Positions 40,101-53,423 of a DNA stretch of 64,000 nt are shown in pieces; position 1 is the stretch's first letter; each line of letters begins with the position of its first letter. Below the pieces are notes generated by a model. The model had not been told where the DNA came from and did no database searches. It saw nothing but the letters and a program-made list of their open reading frames with translations. A program made the position numbers and the translations under genes. The stretch covers positions 24,120,001 to 24,184,000 of the forward strand of contig OZ249436.1 of NCBI GenBank assembly GCA_965235115.1, in the 5' to 3' direction. This DNA comes from Laetmonice hystrix (Eukaryota).

Positions 40101-43100
40101 CAGGACTGACAGTAAAACCAAGACGGCAGAGTGGTAAGGCTATGGGCCACTTTAGTTTAGTTACTTGATAGCGTACGAATGGCACCTGGCGTTTTCCTCA
40201 TGACGTCCGGAGGAAATGGGATTAGTGTATTGCTTGCAATCATGATGTCTAGTTATTATTTATTATTATTCCTGTTGTAAGACAAGGGGTATATCTCCGT
40301 CACTTTTCAAGATAGCAGGTTGAAACTTGCAGGGAGGGTTCATCATGGGATGAAGATCTGTACATATGAAGCAGGACGTCATGCGACGTCATGTCTTCGT
40401 TTTATGACGTCTCAAACACGTCACATGGAGCATCAATTTATCAACTCCCAACACAAAACTACTGTTACTTGGGGAAATATTGGTTATAGATCCTCTTCGT
40501 GGATGGTTCTCTGAGATACTTGTTCCATAACTTGACCTTGGATCATTACCCTTTCTGAGATTCGGGTCAAAGGTCACAATATGGTTAAATCCTTACTACT
40601 CTCTCATTTTTTTGAAAATCTTAACCAAACCACTTCTGGATGTTCCTAGTGGATAGCTTAAAATTGTGGGGCCGTTGTTTAGCGATCGGACCTTTTTTCA
40701 CTGAATCACGTGACATCAAAGTTTGATTCTTTGGTCAGTTTACCAGAAATCGGTCATATCTCTGGCAGTTTTTAACAGATCTTAATGAAACTTGGTAGGC
40801 TTAAAGAGGATGAGATGCCGAGCTAGATTTATGCAATTTTTTTTCTGTGACGTCACTCTTTTGTGTCATGAAGTCATCCACCTATTTCAAATAGGACCCA
40901 GGTACCTGTATACCCGTGAGTCTCAATAGCTGAGTGGGTAGCATGCCCGACCTAAAGGCTGGAGATCATCGGTTCGAATCCCACCAAGTACAAAAACTTT
41001 TTTCTCATTTTTCACACTCTGAAAACCAAAACACCACCAGGCAGGATATGAGGCCTTGTCACAGTCATAGTTATGAAATGTTTTGACATACATGGTTCTC
41101 AAAGATAAAGTTTACCAGAAATCGGTCATATCTCTGGCAGTTTTTAACAGATCTTAATGAAACTTAGTAGGCTTAAAGAGGATGGGATGCTGAGCTAGAT
41201 TTATGCAAACTTTTTTCTGTGACGTCACTCTTTTGTGTCATGACGTCATCCACCTATTTCAAATAGGACCTAGGTACCCCTACAAGCGTGAGTCTCAATA
41301 GCTGAGTGGGTAGCATGCCCGACCTAAACGCTGGAGATCATGGGTTCGAATCCCACCAAATACCGAAATTTTTTTCTCTCATTTTTCAGACTCTGAATAC
41401 CAAAACACCACCACGCAGGATATGAGGCCTTGTCAAAATCATAGTTATGAAATGTTTTGACATACATGGTTTTCAGAGATAATTTTCCCATAACTTGACC
41501 TCTGTCAATTACCCTTTCTGAGATTTGGGACAAAGGTTCCAGGACTGACAGTAAAACCAAGATGGCAGAGTGGTAAGGCTATGGGCCACTTTAGTTACTT
41601 GATAGCATACGAATGGCACCTGGCGTTTTCCTCATGACTTCCGGAGGAAATGGGATTAGTGTATTGCTTGCAATCATGATGTCTAGTTATTTATTATTAT
41701 TCCTGTTGTAAGACAAGGGGTATATCTCCGTCACTTTTCAAGATAGCAGGTTGAAACTTGCAGGGAGGGTTCATCATGGGATGAAGATCTGTACATATGA
41801 AGCAGGACGTCATGCAACGTCATGTCTTCGTTTTATGACGTCTCAAACACGTCACATGGAGCATCAATTTATCAACTCCCAACACAAAACTACTGTTACT
41901 TGGGGAAATATTGGTTATAGATCCTCTTCGTGGATGGTTCTCTAAGAAACTTGTTCCATAACTTGACCTTGGATCATTACCCTTTCTGAGATTCGGGTCA
42001 AAGGTCACAATATGGTTAAATCCTTACTACTCTCTCATTTTTTTGAAAATCTTAACCAAACCACTTCTGGATGTTCCTAGTGAATAGCTTAAAATTGTGG
42101 GGCCGTTGTTTAGCGATCGGACCTTTTTTCACTGAATCACGTGACATCAAAGTTTGATTCTTTGGTCAGTTTACCAGAAATCGGTCATATCTCTGGCAGT
42201 TTTTAACAGATCTTAATGAAACTTGGTAGGCTTAAAGAGGATGGGATGCCGAGCTAGATTTATGCAAATTTTTTTCTGTGACGTCACTCTTTTGTGTCAT
42301 GAAGTCATCCACCTATTTCAAATAGGACCCAGGTACCTGTATACCCGTGAGTCTCAATAGCTGAGTGGGTAGCATGCCCGACCTAAAGGCTGGAGATCAT
42401 CGGTTCGAATCCCATCAAGTACAAAAACTTTTTTCTCATTTTTCACACTCTGAAAACCAAAACACCACCAGGCAGGATATGAGGCCTTGTCACAGTCATA
42501 GTTATGAAATGTTTTGACATACATGGTTCTCAAAGATAAAGTTTACCAGAAATCGGTCATATCTCTGGCAGTTTTTAACAGATCTTAACGAAACTTAATA
42601 GGCTTAAAGAGGATGGGATGCTGAGCTAGATTTATGCAAACTTTTTTCTGTGACGTCACTCTTTTGTGTCATGACGTCATCCACCTATTTCAAATAGGAC
42701 CTAGGTACCTCTACAAGCGTGAGTCTCAATAGTTGAGTTGGTAGCATGCCCGACCTGAAGGCCAGAGATTATGGGTTCGAATCCCACCAAATACCGAAAT
42801 TTTTTTTTTCTCATTTTTCAGACTCTGAATACCAAAACACCCCCAGGCAGGATATGAGGCCTTGTCAAAATCATAGTTATGAAATATTTTGCCATACATG
42901 GTTTTCAGAGATAATTTTCCCATAACTTGACCTCTGTCAATTACCCTTTCTGAGATTTGGGACAAAGGTTCCAGGACTGACAGTAAAACCAAGATGGCAG
43001 AGTGGTAAGGCTATGGGCCACTTTAGTTACTTGATAGCATACGAATGGCACCTGGCGTTTTCCTCATGACGCCCGGAGGAAATGGGATTAGTGTATTGCT

Positions 43101-44550
43101 TGCAATCATGATGTCTAGTTATTATTATTATTATTCCTGTTGTAAGACAAAGTGTATATCTCGGTCACTTTTTAAGATAGCAGGTTGAAACTTGCAGGGA
43201 GGGTTCATCATGGGATGAAGATCTGTGCATATGAAGCAGGACTTCATGCGACGTCATGTCTTGGTTTTATAACGTCTCAAACACGTCACATGGAGCATCA
43301 ATTTATCAACTCCCAACACAAAACTACTGTTACTTGGGGAAATATTGGTTATAGATCCTCTTCGTGGATGGTTCTCTAAGATACTTGTTCCATAACTTGA
43401 CCTTGGATCATTACCCTTTCCGAGATTCGGGTCAAAGGTCACAATATGGTTAAATCCTTACTACTCTCTCATTTTTTTGAAAATCTTGACCAAACCACTT
43501 CTGGATGTTCCTAGTGGATAGCTTAAAATTGTGGGGCCGTTGTTTAGCGATCGGACCTTTTCTCACTGAATCACGTGACATCAAAGTTTGATTCTTTGGT
43601 CAGTTTACCAGAAATCGGTCATATCTCTGGCAGTTTTTAACAGATCTTAATGAAACTTGGTAGGCTGAAAGAGGATGGGATGCTGAGCTAGATTTATGCA
43701 AACTTTTTTCTGTGACGTCACTCTTTTGTGTCATGAGGTCATCCACCTATTTCAAATAGCACCCAGGTACCTCAATACCCGTGAGTCTCAATAGCTGAGT
43801 GGGTAGCATGCCCGACCTAAAGGCTGGAGATCATCGGTTCGAATCCCACCAAGTACAAATTTTTTTTTCTCATTTTTCACACTCTGAAAACCAAAACACC
43901 ACCAGGCAGGATATGAGGCCTTGTCACAGTCATAGTTATGAAATGTTTTGACATACATGGTTCTCAAATATAAAGTTTACCAGAAATCGGTCATATCTCT
44001 GGCCGTTTTTAACAGATCTTAACGAAACTTAATAGGCTTAAAGAGGATGGGATGCTGAGCTAGATTTATGCAAACTTTTTTCTGTGACGTCACTCTTTTG
44101 TGTCATGACGTCATCCACCTATTTCAAATAGGACCTAGGTACCTCTACAAGCGTGAGTCTCAATAGATGAGTTGGTAGCATGCCCGACCTAAAGGCCGGA
44201 GATCATGGGTTCGAATCCCACCAAATACAGAATTTTTTTTTCTCATTTTTCAGACTCTGAATACCAAAACACCACCAGGCAGGATATGAGGCCTTGTCAA
44301 AATCATAGTTATGAAATATTTTGACGTACATGGTTTTCAGAGATAATTTTCCCATAACTTGACCTCTGTCAATTACCCTTTCTGAGATTTGGGACAAAGG
44401 TTCCAGGACTGACAGTAAAACCAAGATGGCAGAGTGGTAAGGCTATGGGCCACTTTAGTTACTTGATAGCATACGAATGGCACCTGGCGTTTTCCTCATG
44501 ACGTCCGGAGGAAATGGGATTAGTGTATTGCTTGCAATCATGATGTCTAG
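37146..44550 (+). mobile_element. Five near-identical ~1.43-kb bodies of HINE-like family D plus four 5' boxes
   Basis: Boxes atcccatttccctgacggggaaatgggat at 37146, 37209, 37275, 38763; bodies end ggaaatgggat..attgcttgcaat..ctag at 38757, 40252, 41686, 43118, 44550; each has an internal ~360-370-bp direct repeat. Confidence 0.92.
37996..38068 (+). pseudogene. tRNA-like (pseudo-tRNA) sequence; two per family-D unit, 10 copies in 37996-44230, related copy at ~36207
   Basis: A-box tagctgagtgg and B-box ggttcgaatcc at tRNA spacing, T-run downstream; acceptor and anticodon stems pair poorly. Confidence 0.7.
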
Positions 44551-44565
44551 TTATTCTTTGCGTTG

Positions 44566-44570
44566 TAGTT

Positions 44571-44616
<46 letters not shown>
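44566..44616 (+). repeat. (TAG)n microsatellite at the start of a further HINE-like body
   Basis: ~15 tag units after the last ctag end; following sequence resembles 29310-29800 and 27960-28240. Confidence 0.9.
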
Positions 44617-44617
<1 letters not shown>

Positions 44618-45407
44618 TAGACATTTCGTTCTATCTCAGTCATTTTTCAAGATATCTCAATCAAATTTGGCTCAGATCTCGACCATGACAAAGTCAGGTC
44701 ACACAATCAATCATGACGTCACGTCACGTCACGTCACATTATGACGTCATGACGTCAAACGTGTCTTGCACATTGGGGCCATTTTTTTAAAAGTCATATT
44801 CGAAATTTTCAAAACCCATCATGGCGTTTTAATTAGGCAAGGGTCCTGTCTCAAGTTGACCCTTCATTTGACCTTTGACCTTTGACCTTAAGGAGGACTG
44901 GCTACTGGGTCAGAATCGGGTTGAATCGCTACCCCTTCCCCATTTATGGGAAAAAATTGACAAAATCTGGCAGTACCCCTCTACATCGAAAGCTTTAAAA
45001 CATACAAAGAGGGATTAGCGATTTGACCTATATTTACTGAACCACTTGACCTTAAAGTTTTCAACAGTGGTCAGCATTACGTAACTGCTGCTGATAAGGT
45101 CGGGAGGTGACTCCCCCATTCCTCCCAGTCAGGATGGGTTGATGTTGATGGACCCTTGTGCTGGGAACAGACTTAATTGAATAGCTGGGCATTTGTATTT
45201 ATATAAAACTGTAGGTATTACTGTCTAATATATTATATTCTTGAATCTTATATTGGAGGAGAGCGGAATAAAACAACACTGATGATATTAAGCCGTCTTC
45301 TTGAACTTAAGAGAGAATTCTTAGCCAGCTGCACCCTATATTTTCCTCCCAGTCAGGGTGGGGTTGGAGGAATGTGATTGTGTATTCAGAATACACAAAG
45401 TGACAAT

Positions 45408-46625
45408 AGACCATTTTCCGAACTACTACTAGCGCCACCTACAAGCTCCCTAGCGACGCCAAAGTCGGTGCAAGCGCACCGCGTTGCTAGCGCTTGGGCA
45501 ATAGGGAACAATGAAGAAAGAGGTGTTGAGCAAATCTGGGATTTTGAGTTTCTCCGTGTCAATATGAGCAGTTCGGGGTGGCCAGATTAATAAAACAATG
45601 GGGGTGACACGATACAGTAAATTGGAATGTCGGTAACAGGCAGAAATAACTTTTAATCGCGGTGTGAAGTTGAACGGTCATAACGTTGACTTGAGCGATA
45701 TTAGCAACATAAAGACACCTGACAGTCGGGAACATTTCGATACTGACCATTAAATGCCAGGTAACAAGCACTGTTCGTATGGAACATGTGAAAGTGACAG
45801 TAGACATGGGGCAGGAAACAGTAAACCAAGGCCATCCATGGATGATGTCAGGTTTTTTACCTTTCTGGGACCCGTCCGACAGACAGAGAGGAGGGCCTAT
45901 GTGTAAACCCGCATATAAAACTCCCATAATGTGTAAAAATTCTGCCCGTAGACTCTATGTAAAAAATCTTCGTTCCCCCAGTAGGCCTATGTAAAATTCT
46001 GCCGGTATAGGGGCCTAGGCTAGGCCTATGTAAAATTGATTTTTACCCGTAGGCCTATAGATCTATAGGGCCTAGGCTATGTAAAATATCTCCCCTTAAA
46101 TGTAAAACATTACCGCCGAATATAAAATTGAGAAATGAACAGCTGGTTCATGCGTCAATAATAATAATACATTATAAATTAATAAACTAATAATTAATTT
46201 GTTTTGGTCATGATGGCATCCCGCAAACGAAAACCTCCTGGTGAATGCCTACCCCTTGCACCTAAACAAGCGCGCCGGCCACCCGCGGCGCTTGACCCCC
46301 GCTAGAGGCCTGTCCCCAGCCCGTGTATGTCAGCTCGCTGCTGTCGATCGGCAATTCGAGGTCCGAAACACAACTTCATAACTCTACCAGTGACGCTTTA
46401 TTATACCCAAAAATAGTCACACGACGTTCTTGGAGGGATGATCGTAGTAGGGGGACGGTCCAAGTTTCGAAAGATTCCATTTTGCAAGGTTTTGTGAGCA
46501 GTTCAAAATCAGCTCTCTCGAGTGATTGTCCGTAGGTTAACACTAGCGAACGCTGGTAGTCAAGCAGGTGCTTGCCCCGTGTTTCAAAACGAGGCAGCAT
46601 AGCAACCCGCGACGGAAAACGGTCT
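45408..46625. mobile_element. Non-autonomous DNA transposon, ISL2EU/Harbinger-like
   Basis: TIR agaccattttccg / cggaaaacggtct; AT on both flanks; empty site gtgacaatctgccatagg at ~48471. Confidence 0.75.
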
Positions 46626-46654
46626 ATTTGCCATAGGCCTAGAGCTAAACCCTT

Positions 46655-47615
46655 CCCAGTCGGGAAGTGAGATAACGCTGAGATCACAGTGAGGTCACTT
46701 TTTCCTCACAGTTGTGAAGTCGCAATCATTATGATGTCAGTATGATCTCATGAGGTCAGAATGAGATGTAATGTCAGCTGGTGAGATCACACATTGATCT
46801 CACAGCAATCCCGTAATGATATCACTATGCGAGAACAAAATAGTGAGATCTTTCTGATGTCAGAATGGTATAAAATTCCGACATCATCTTGATATCACGT
46901 AATTCTCAGCTGGTGAGGTCACACATTGGACTCACAGCAATCTCATGACTTCACTATGTGAGAACAAATATTGAGACCTTTCTGATGTCAGAATGTTACA
47001 AAATTCCGACATCACCTTGACATCATGTAAATCTCAGCTGGTGGCGCTGTTATCATTGAGATTGACTAGACTGTCCGAAACACAGTCAATAGGTGAACTT
47101 CTAGCGACTTCAAATAATTCACATGTTATTCAAAAACAGCTATTTATTGTGTAAAATTACGCTTTATTTTTTCGCTAATTGTGAAAAGAACAATATAGGG
47201 ACGTAGAGATGATATTTTGTTTTTAAACAACCCAGTATAGAAAACACCAATTTGAATTTCCGACGGGAAACATCAATAGTAAGGACGGGGCTATGGGTGT
47301 TAAGCGTCAGTGCTTAACTGGCACAGGAGATACTACAGCGTGCCCACGCAATGGTTAGAACTGCCTAAGCCAGGATTTTTTCTAGAGTGTCCCTGAGGGA
47401 ACCCAGGAAGGTGCTGCGACAACGTCATTTTTAAAATATATTGGTACTGTTATGTCAGAGAGATGTCAAAATGATCTCACAGTGAGAGATCAAATGGTGA
47501 GATCACAGTGAGATCAATATGTGATTTCAAATTGATATCACAGCAATATGAGAAACATCTCATACAGTGAGATCATCCGTTATGAGATCTCTGTGAGCTC
47601 ATAGTCTTGACTGGG
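46655..47615. mobile_element. Non-autonomous DNA transposon with CCC...GGG ends (EnSpm-like)
   Basis: cccagtc / gactggg ends, TT on both flanks, many subterminal gtgagatc/gatctcac motifs; empty site aaacccttatgg at ~48498. Confidence 0.75.
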
Positions 47616-49215
47616 TTATGGCGCTTCATAGCCTCATAGGCCTGCACTGTTAACAGTTAGGCTAATGTTGTCACTTTAGGCCAGTTGTCAGTTTCGACCT
47701 GCACAAATATTTGTCAACAGTGCCTGGAATAGCGACTGCAGTAGCAGCCACAGCTAGCACGTGCTAGTGCTTCCTATACACATAGCCATATGCAAGTACA
47801 TCTGTTATAAAGTGCATAGAGTCAGGTATACCACTGGTTGTTCTATTCTTTTTCTCGAAATGCAATATAACCACAATCAGTTTTCTTGGGTATAGTCTTC
47901 ACATATTGTAATGTTGGCACTAGGATTAATGGATAACAATAATATGTTTACACTGACGGTTGGCATCTCTGAATACACAAACCACCCACTGTGCATGGCC
48001 CGCCGAATCTCCCTGCCCGGTGTTGGCAGCGTTACGTAACTGCTGCTGATAAGGTCGGAGTCCGCGGTGGGCGGTGACTCCCCCATTCCTCCCAGTCAGG
48101 GTGGGTTGATGGACCCTTGTGCTGAGAACAGACTTAAATGAATAGCATGGCATTTGTATTTATAACTGTAGGTATTACTGTCTAATATATTAGCCCCCCC
48201 CCCCCCCATATTCTTGAATCTTATATGGGAGGAGAGCGGAATAAAACAACACTGATGATATTAAGCCGTCTTCTTGAAGTTACGAGAGAACTCTTGGCCA
48301 GCTGCGCCCTATATTGGTTTATATAATTAGTGCAGTGATTCCCTACCGGGGGTCCCAGTACCCCCCTGGGGATAACTGTAAGATGTTGGGGGGTAAAACA
48401 CCACTGGGGTAACAGGGGGGTAATTGAGAAATTTGTTGGTATTGTTTAAGTGAATTCGTGTAGGCCTAAAGTGACAATCTGCCATAGGCCTGGAGCTAAA
48501 CCCTTATGGCCCTTCATAGCCTCATAGGTCTGCACTGTTAACAGTTAGGCTAATGTTGTCACTTTAGACCAGTTGTCAGTTTCGACCTGCACAAATATTT
48601 GTCAACAGTGCCTGAAATTGCGACCGCACTAGCGGCCACAGCTAGCGCGTGCTAGTATTTTGTAAACACATGGCCATTATGCAAGTACATCTGTTATAAA
48701 GTGCATAGAGTCAGGTATACCACTGATTGTTCTATTCTTTTTCCCGAAATGCAGTATAGCCACAATCAGTTTTCTTGGGTATAGTCTTCACATATTGTAA
48801 TGTTGGCACTAGGATGGTTGTGGTCTCTTGTTTCCAGACTGCCCATTGCGATGTCACCGCCCGGTCCTCCCAGTCAGGGTGGGGTTGGAGGAATCTGCAT
48901 GTCCAGAACAACCCCAGTTGTAACTGTCTAATACATTTTGTACAAGACCACTCTTGGCCAGCTGTCCTTGGTTTAGTGAGCCAGCACATTGATGTGGATA
49001 GATTTTACATTTTGGGCCGGTGGGTTGTGACTACTCCCCCTTTCCGCCCAGTCATGGTGAGGTTGGGGGATTAGGCTTATGTGTATTCACAACTGACATA
49101 ACTGACATAACTAGGGATTTGAACTATAGGTGTAACTGTCTACATATGTTTTTAGACTGGGACTTGGAAAAACGTGAACAAGGGGATATATAGCAGCACC
49201 AAGAGAGAGACATTT

Positions 49216-52200
49216 CCTAATCATTTTCCTGATGGTCGAAATACAATAACAGAAAACAGGCAGCTGGAGCTCTCGCCATCCAAATATTTCCAAGGTAGAT
49301 TGATGAATGTTGACAATCGATTCGCAAAAGACCCTACATATTTTTTGCGCTTTACATCACAGAGTTAAGGTTTATTTCAAGCAATATATCAACTGCACTA
49401 AAGGAAAGGTCAAAAACGAACTAAAGATGGTAGAAAGATCACAGCAGGTACATTATCAGAAAGAAAGGGTATAGATCATGTCACTGGAGAAGATACAGGC
49501 TTCCGACATTTCCCTACTTTGAAAGGTTCACCAGATTACTTGAAACAGACTCAGCACGATTTATTTGCAATGATCAGACAGCTAGGCATTCCCACATTCT
49601 TTGCCACTTTTAGCTGTAACAATGATTGGCCTGAAATCGTTACTGCTATTAAAGCACAACAGGGTGAAACAGTTGATGTTGACTCCTTGTCGTGGGAGGA
49701 GAAGTGCAACATTCTCGCATCAAATCCAGTCACATGTGCTCGAATGTTTGATCATCGTGTTAAACTTTTCCTACACACGGTCCTTTGGTCTCCTACTAAA
49801 CCCATAGGTGAAATTATTGATTGGTTCTACCGTGTTGAATGGCAAGCACGAGGAAGTCCTCATATACACTGTTTATTCTGGGTAAAAGATGCTCCTGTTA
49901 TAGACAGAGATTCAGACCAAGCTGTGTGTGATTTTATTGATCGATACGTCTGGTGTCAAATTCCTGAAGAAGATTTAAATCTGCGTGAAAAAGTAACACA
50001 TTACCAAAAGCACATTAAAAACCACAGAAAGAGTTGCAAAAAGGGTAATCGTCCATGTAGGTTCAACTTCCCTAAACCTGTTTCAAAGAACACCTTTATC
50101 TCAAGACCTGCAACTATGACTGATGGTCAAGTTCCAAGCAAAGCAGAAATGCAATCAGCGTCAGAGGAACTGTCTGCTGTTAGACATTTGATGAATCAAA
50201 AAGATCAGGACGAAAATATGTCCATAGATGAGGCCTTGCAAAAAGAGGGAATTGCTTGGGAAAGATATAGAAGGTGCTTTGATGTTGCAACAAAGAAGGT
50301 GTCCATTGTAATGAGACGTGAATTGAAAGATTGTTGGACTAATCATTATAACCCTTCTCTACTTGACATTTGGAATGCAAACATGGATATCCAATACATC
50401 ACTGACCCATACAGCTGTGTCATGTACATTCTTTCTTACATAAGTAAAGCTGAACATGAACTTTCTGAAATTCTACGTAACGCCCAATGAGAGCTCAGAG
50501 AAGGCAATATAGAATTCAAAAAAGAAATGAGAAAACTTGGAAATGTGTACCTCAATTACCGAGAAGTGAGTTGTCAAGAAGCTGCCCATCGCATGTGTAA
50601 CCTTCATTTGAAAGAGTGCTCACGTGCAGTGGTTAACCTACCTGTCAATGAGAATGCTACAAGATTGAGCCTCCCATTGGCAAAGATTGAAGCAAAGGCA
50701 AAAGAAAATGAAAACGATGACGACATTTGGTTTAAAAACATCATAGATAGATACCAAGCCCGACCTGATGGTGAACAATTTGATAATATGTGTCTTGCTC
50801 AGTTTGCTTCTGAATATAGGATTGTTTATACAAAATCGCAAAATACAATACAGTTAAAAGGCAATTCTGGTATGATTCAAAAAAGGAGGAGTGAAAACTT
50901 TACAGTGATTTGATACCCGAGACATTCCAAGTCGAATAAGCCAGAATTGTTTTATCAAAGTCAACTAAAAGTGTACTTGAAGTGGAGACTTGACTTCAAT
51001 GTCAATTAAGGCCTGTCGGATATGTGACATATGAGGAGTTTTATGACAGTGGAGCAGTCAGATTGTCCAAGGGTCATGCCAATAAGACGGTTAAAACAAT
51101 TGTATCAGACAACCGGTTAAGATATGAAAAAGATGCTGATGTGTTGGATAATGCTTGGGAAATGCTACAAAACTCTGAAGGTCTAGAAGATGTTTGGGCT
51201 AGTGTTTCCATTGAAGCTGAAATGAGTAGACTAGACGCAGAAAGAGAAAGTCAAGCATTTCAGGAACAATTTGACGAACCATTGACAAACGATCATGATT
51301 ACATTGCTGATGAGTCACGAGGTCAGGTGCCAGGAACTCTTGCTATCGATCACAGTGATGATGGGTGTGTCACCAAAGCCGTCAAACTAATGTTGAAAAG
51401 TATGAATAAAAAACAGCAACAGATATTTTACACCATTCGAAAGTGGTGCCTTGAAAAAGTGAACGGTGCACGTCCTGAGCCGTTTCGAATATTGCTTAAT
51501 GGTGCTGCAGGTAAATCTTTACTGATCAAATGTATCTATTACGAGGCCACTAAAATTCTTCTACAGCAACAAAGTGACCAGAACCTGCCACCAGTATTAT
51601 TGACGGCTACTACAGGTTTAGCTGCTTTTAATGTTGATGGATGCACTGTTCATTCCTTGCTGAAAATAATTAAACCGCGTAAAGGACAATACCAACCTCT
51701 GTCCGAAAATGTACTCAACACCATGACTACAAACTTACGTGAAATGAAAATACTTGTAATTGATGAAATTTCAATGATGGGAAACCAGATCCTTGCGTAT
51801 GTGCACAAACGACTGGGGCAACTGAAGCATAACAAGGAATTGTTTGAAGGAATTTCGATTCTAGCTGTTGGTGATTTTTACCAGCTTCCACCCATAAGAG
51901 CAGGTTCACCGATTTGTGTTCCAAATACATGTGACTTGTGGATGGACAATTTTCAGTCTGTTCAACTAACAGAAATCATGAGACAGAAGGATGATGCAGC
52001 CTTTGCCTCGCTCCTCAATAGACTAAGATTAAAGCAAAAGAAAGCAAACTTGACCAATTCTGACAGAGAGACATTGTTGTCATGGGTCACACCTCCTGAA
52101 AACTGCCAACAGGATGCACTGTATATTTATGCAAGGAACAAAGAAGTCGATAATCACAACGAATCCATGCTGCAAAACAAATGCACTACTATTTCAGAAA

Positions 52201-53423
52201 TTATTGCTGTCTGGTAAAACTGGTAGACTAGAGGAAAGACAGGTCTCTAAATCTAATCAAAACGATGGTCTTCCCAGTAAATTAAAAATTGCTGTTGGGG
52301 CAAGAGTGATGGTGACAAAGAATATTGACACCGAACATGGCATTACAAATGGCGCCATTGGAACTATAACAGCAATATTGCCTCCATTACAGGGTAAACC
52401 GTTACCTGCAGCAGTCTGTATCAAGTTTGATAACAATGTTGGCCGAAGGTTGATAGAAAAAAAGAAAAACGCCACCGTTCCATTTGGTTCAGTGAAAGTA
52501 ATGCCGTATGAAGAAAAAATGGATCCTGTAGAACAAGAGAGAAAGGGAGCAATCCGAAAACAGTTTCCCCTGAGGTTGGCATGGGCGTGTACCATACATA
52601 AAGTTCAAGGTCTTACTGTGGATAAAATTGTTATTTCCATGAAGTCTATGTTCGAATCAGGACACGCTTATGTTGCTTTATAATGAAGATAAAATTTATC
52701 GAAATGACGGGGTTGCAGATGGTTTGGAACTGATGACCCAACTTGATCTGTCGAGTCCTCGTGAGAATGAGGATGGTAGACTTACTGTCGTCCATCACAA
52801 TGTTGAAGGATTGGCTCAGAATTTTGAAGGTTTAGCAAATCATTTCCAGATTTTTAATTCAGACATTATGTTACTATCTGAAACTTGGCTTTCTTCAACT
52901 GGACATTTAACAAATTTCCAACACCCAGATTTCTACCTCTTGACTAAACTGAGAAAAGATAGTTACAATATACAGTCCACTGGAAAAAGGTGGTGTAGCA
53001 ATTTATGTGAGGAAAACCATTGAACACTGGGGTCTTGTACTTTCTGTTACAAACCTAGAGTTTCTTCCACAAGTTGTGAGAATAGGTGATAAAATATATG
53101 TAGCTTGTGTTGTATATAGACCGGCAAGATACTCTACAACTTTGTTTTGTCCCACGCTACAAGACATGGTAACTCGTATGGAACAAACAATCCCGAATGC
53201 TGGTTATATAATTACAGGAGACTTTAATGAGGATTTAATGAAAGACCAGAACACAATAAAGAACCTAATGACTCATAATGGTTACCAACAAATAATGACC
53301 GAAGGAACCACACTTGGAAACACATTGTTAGATGTCATTTATGTGAAAAATGTTGACTTCAAGACATGTGGTGTCTTGCAAACCTTTTACAGTTATCATG
53401 ACGCAGTATTTATGCAAATTTGA
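49216..53423 (+). pseudogene. Helentron (Helitron2-type) Rep-Pif1 helicase-AP endonuclease polyprotein, 5'-truncated and decayed
   Basis: Rep: PTFFATFS, YRVEWQARGSPHIHCLFW (HUH), YILSYISK. Helicase: damaged Walker A GAAGKS, IDEISM, GDFYQLPP, QFPLRLAWACTIHKVQGLT. APE: HHNVEGL, LSETWL, TGDFNED, YSYHDAV. Confidence 0.93.

Noticed and set aside
37996..44230. Functional tRNA gene cluster
   Set aside because: Acceptor and anticodon stems do not pair and the anticodon region varies among copies; reported as pseudo-tRNA instead.
37396..44424. Repeated short ORFs (MKLAGRVHHG..., MTFDPN..., MVLLSVLEP...)
   Set aside because: They recur only because the DNA is repeated; alternative start codons and no recognisable domain.
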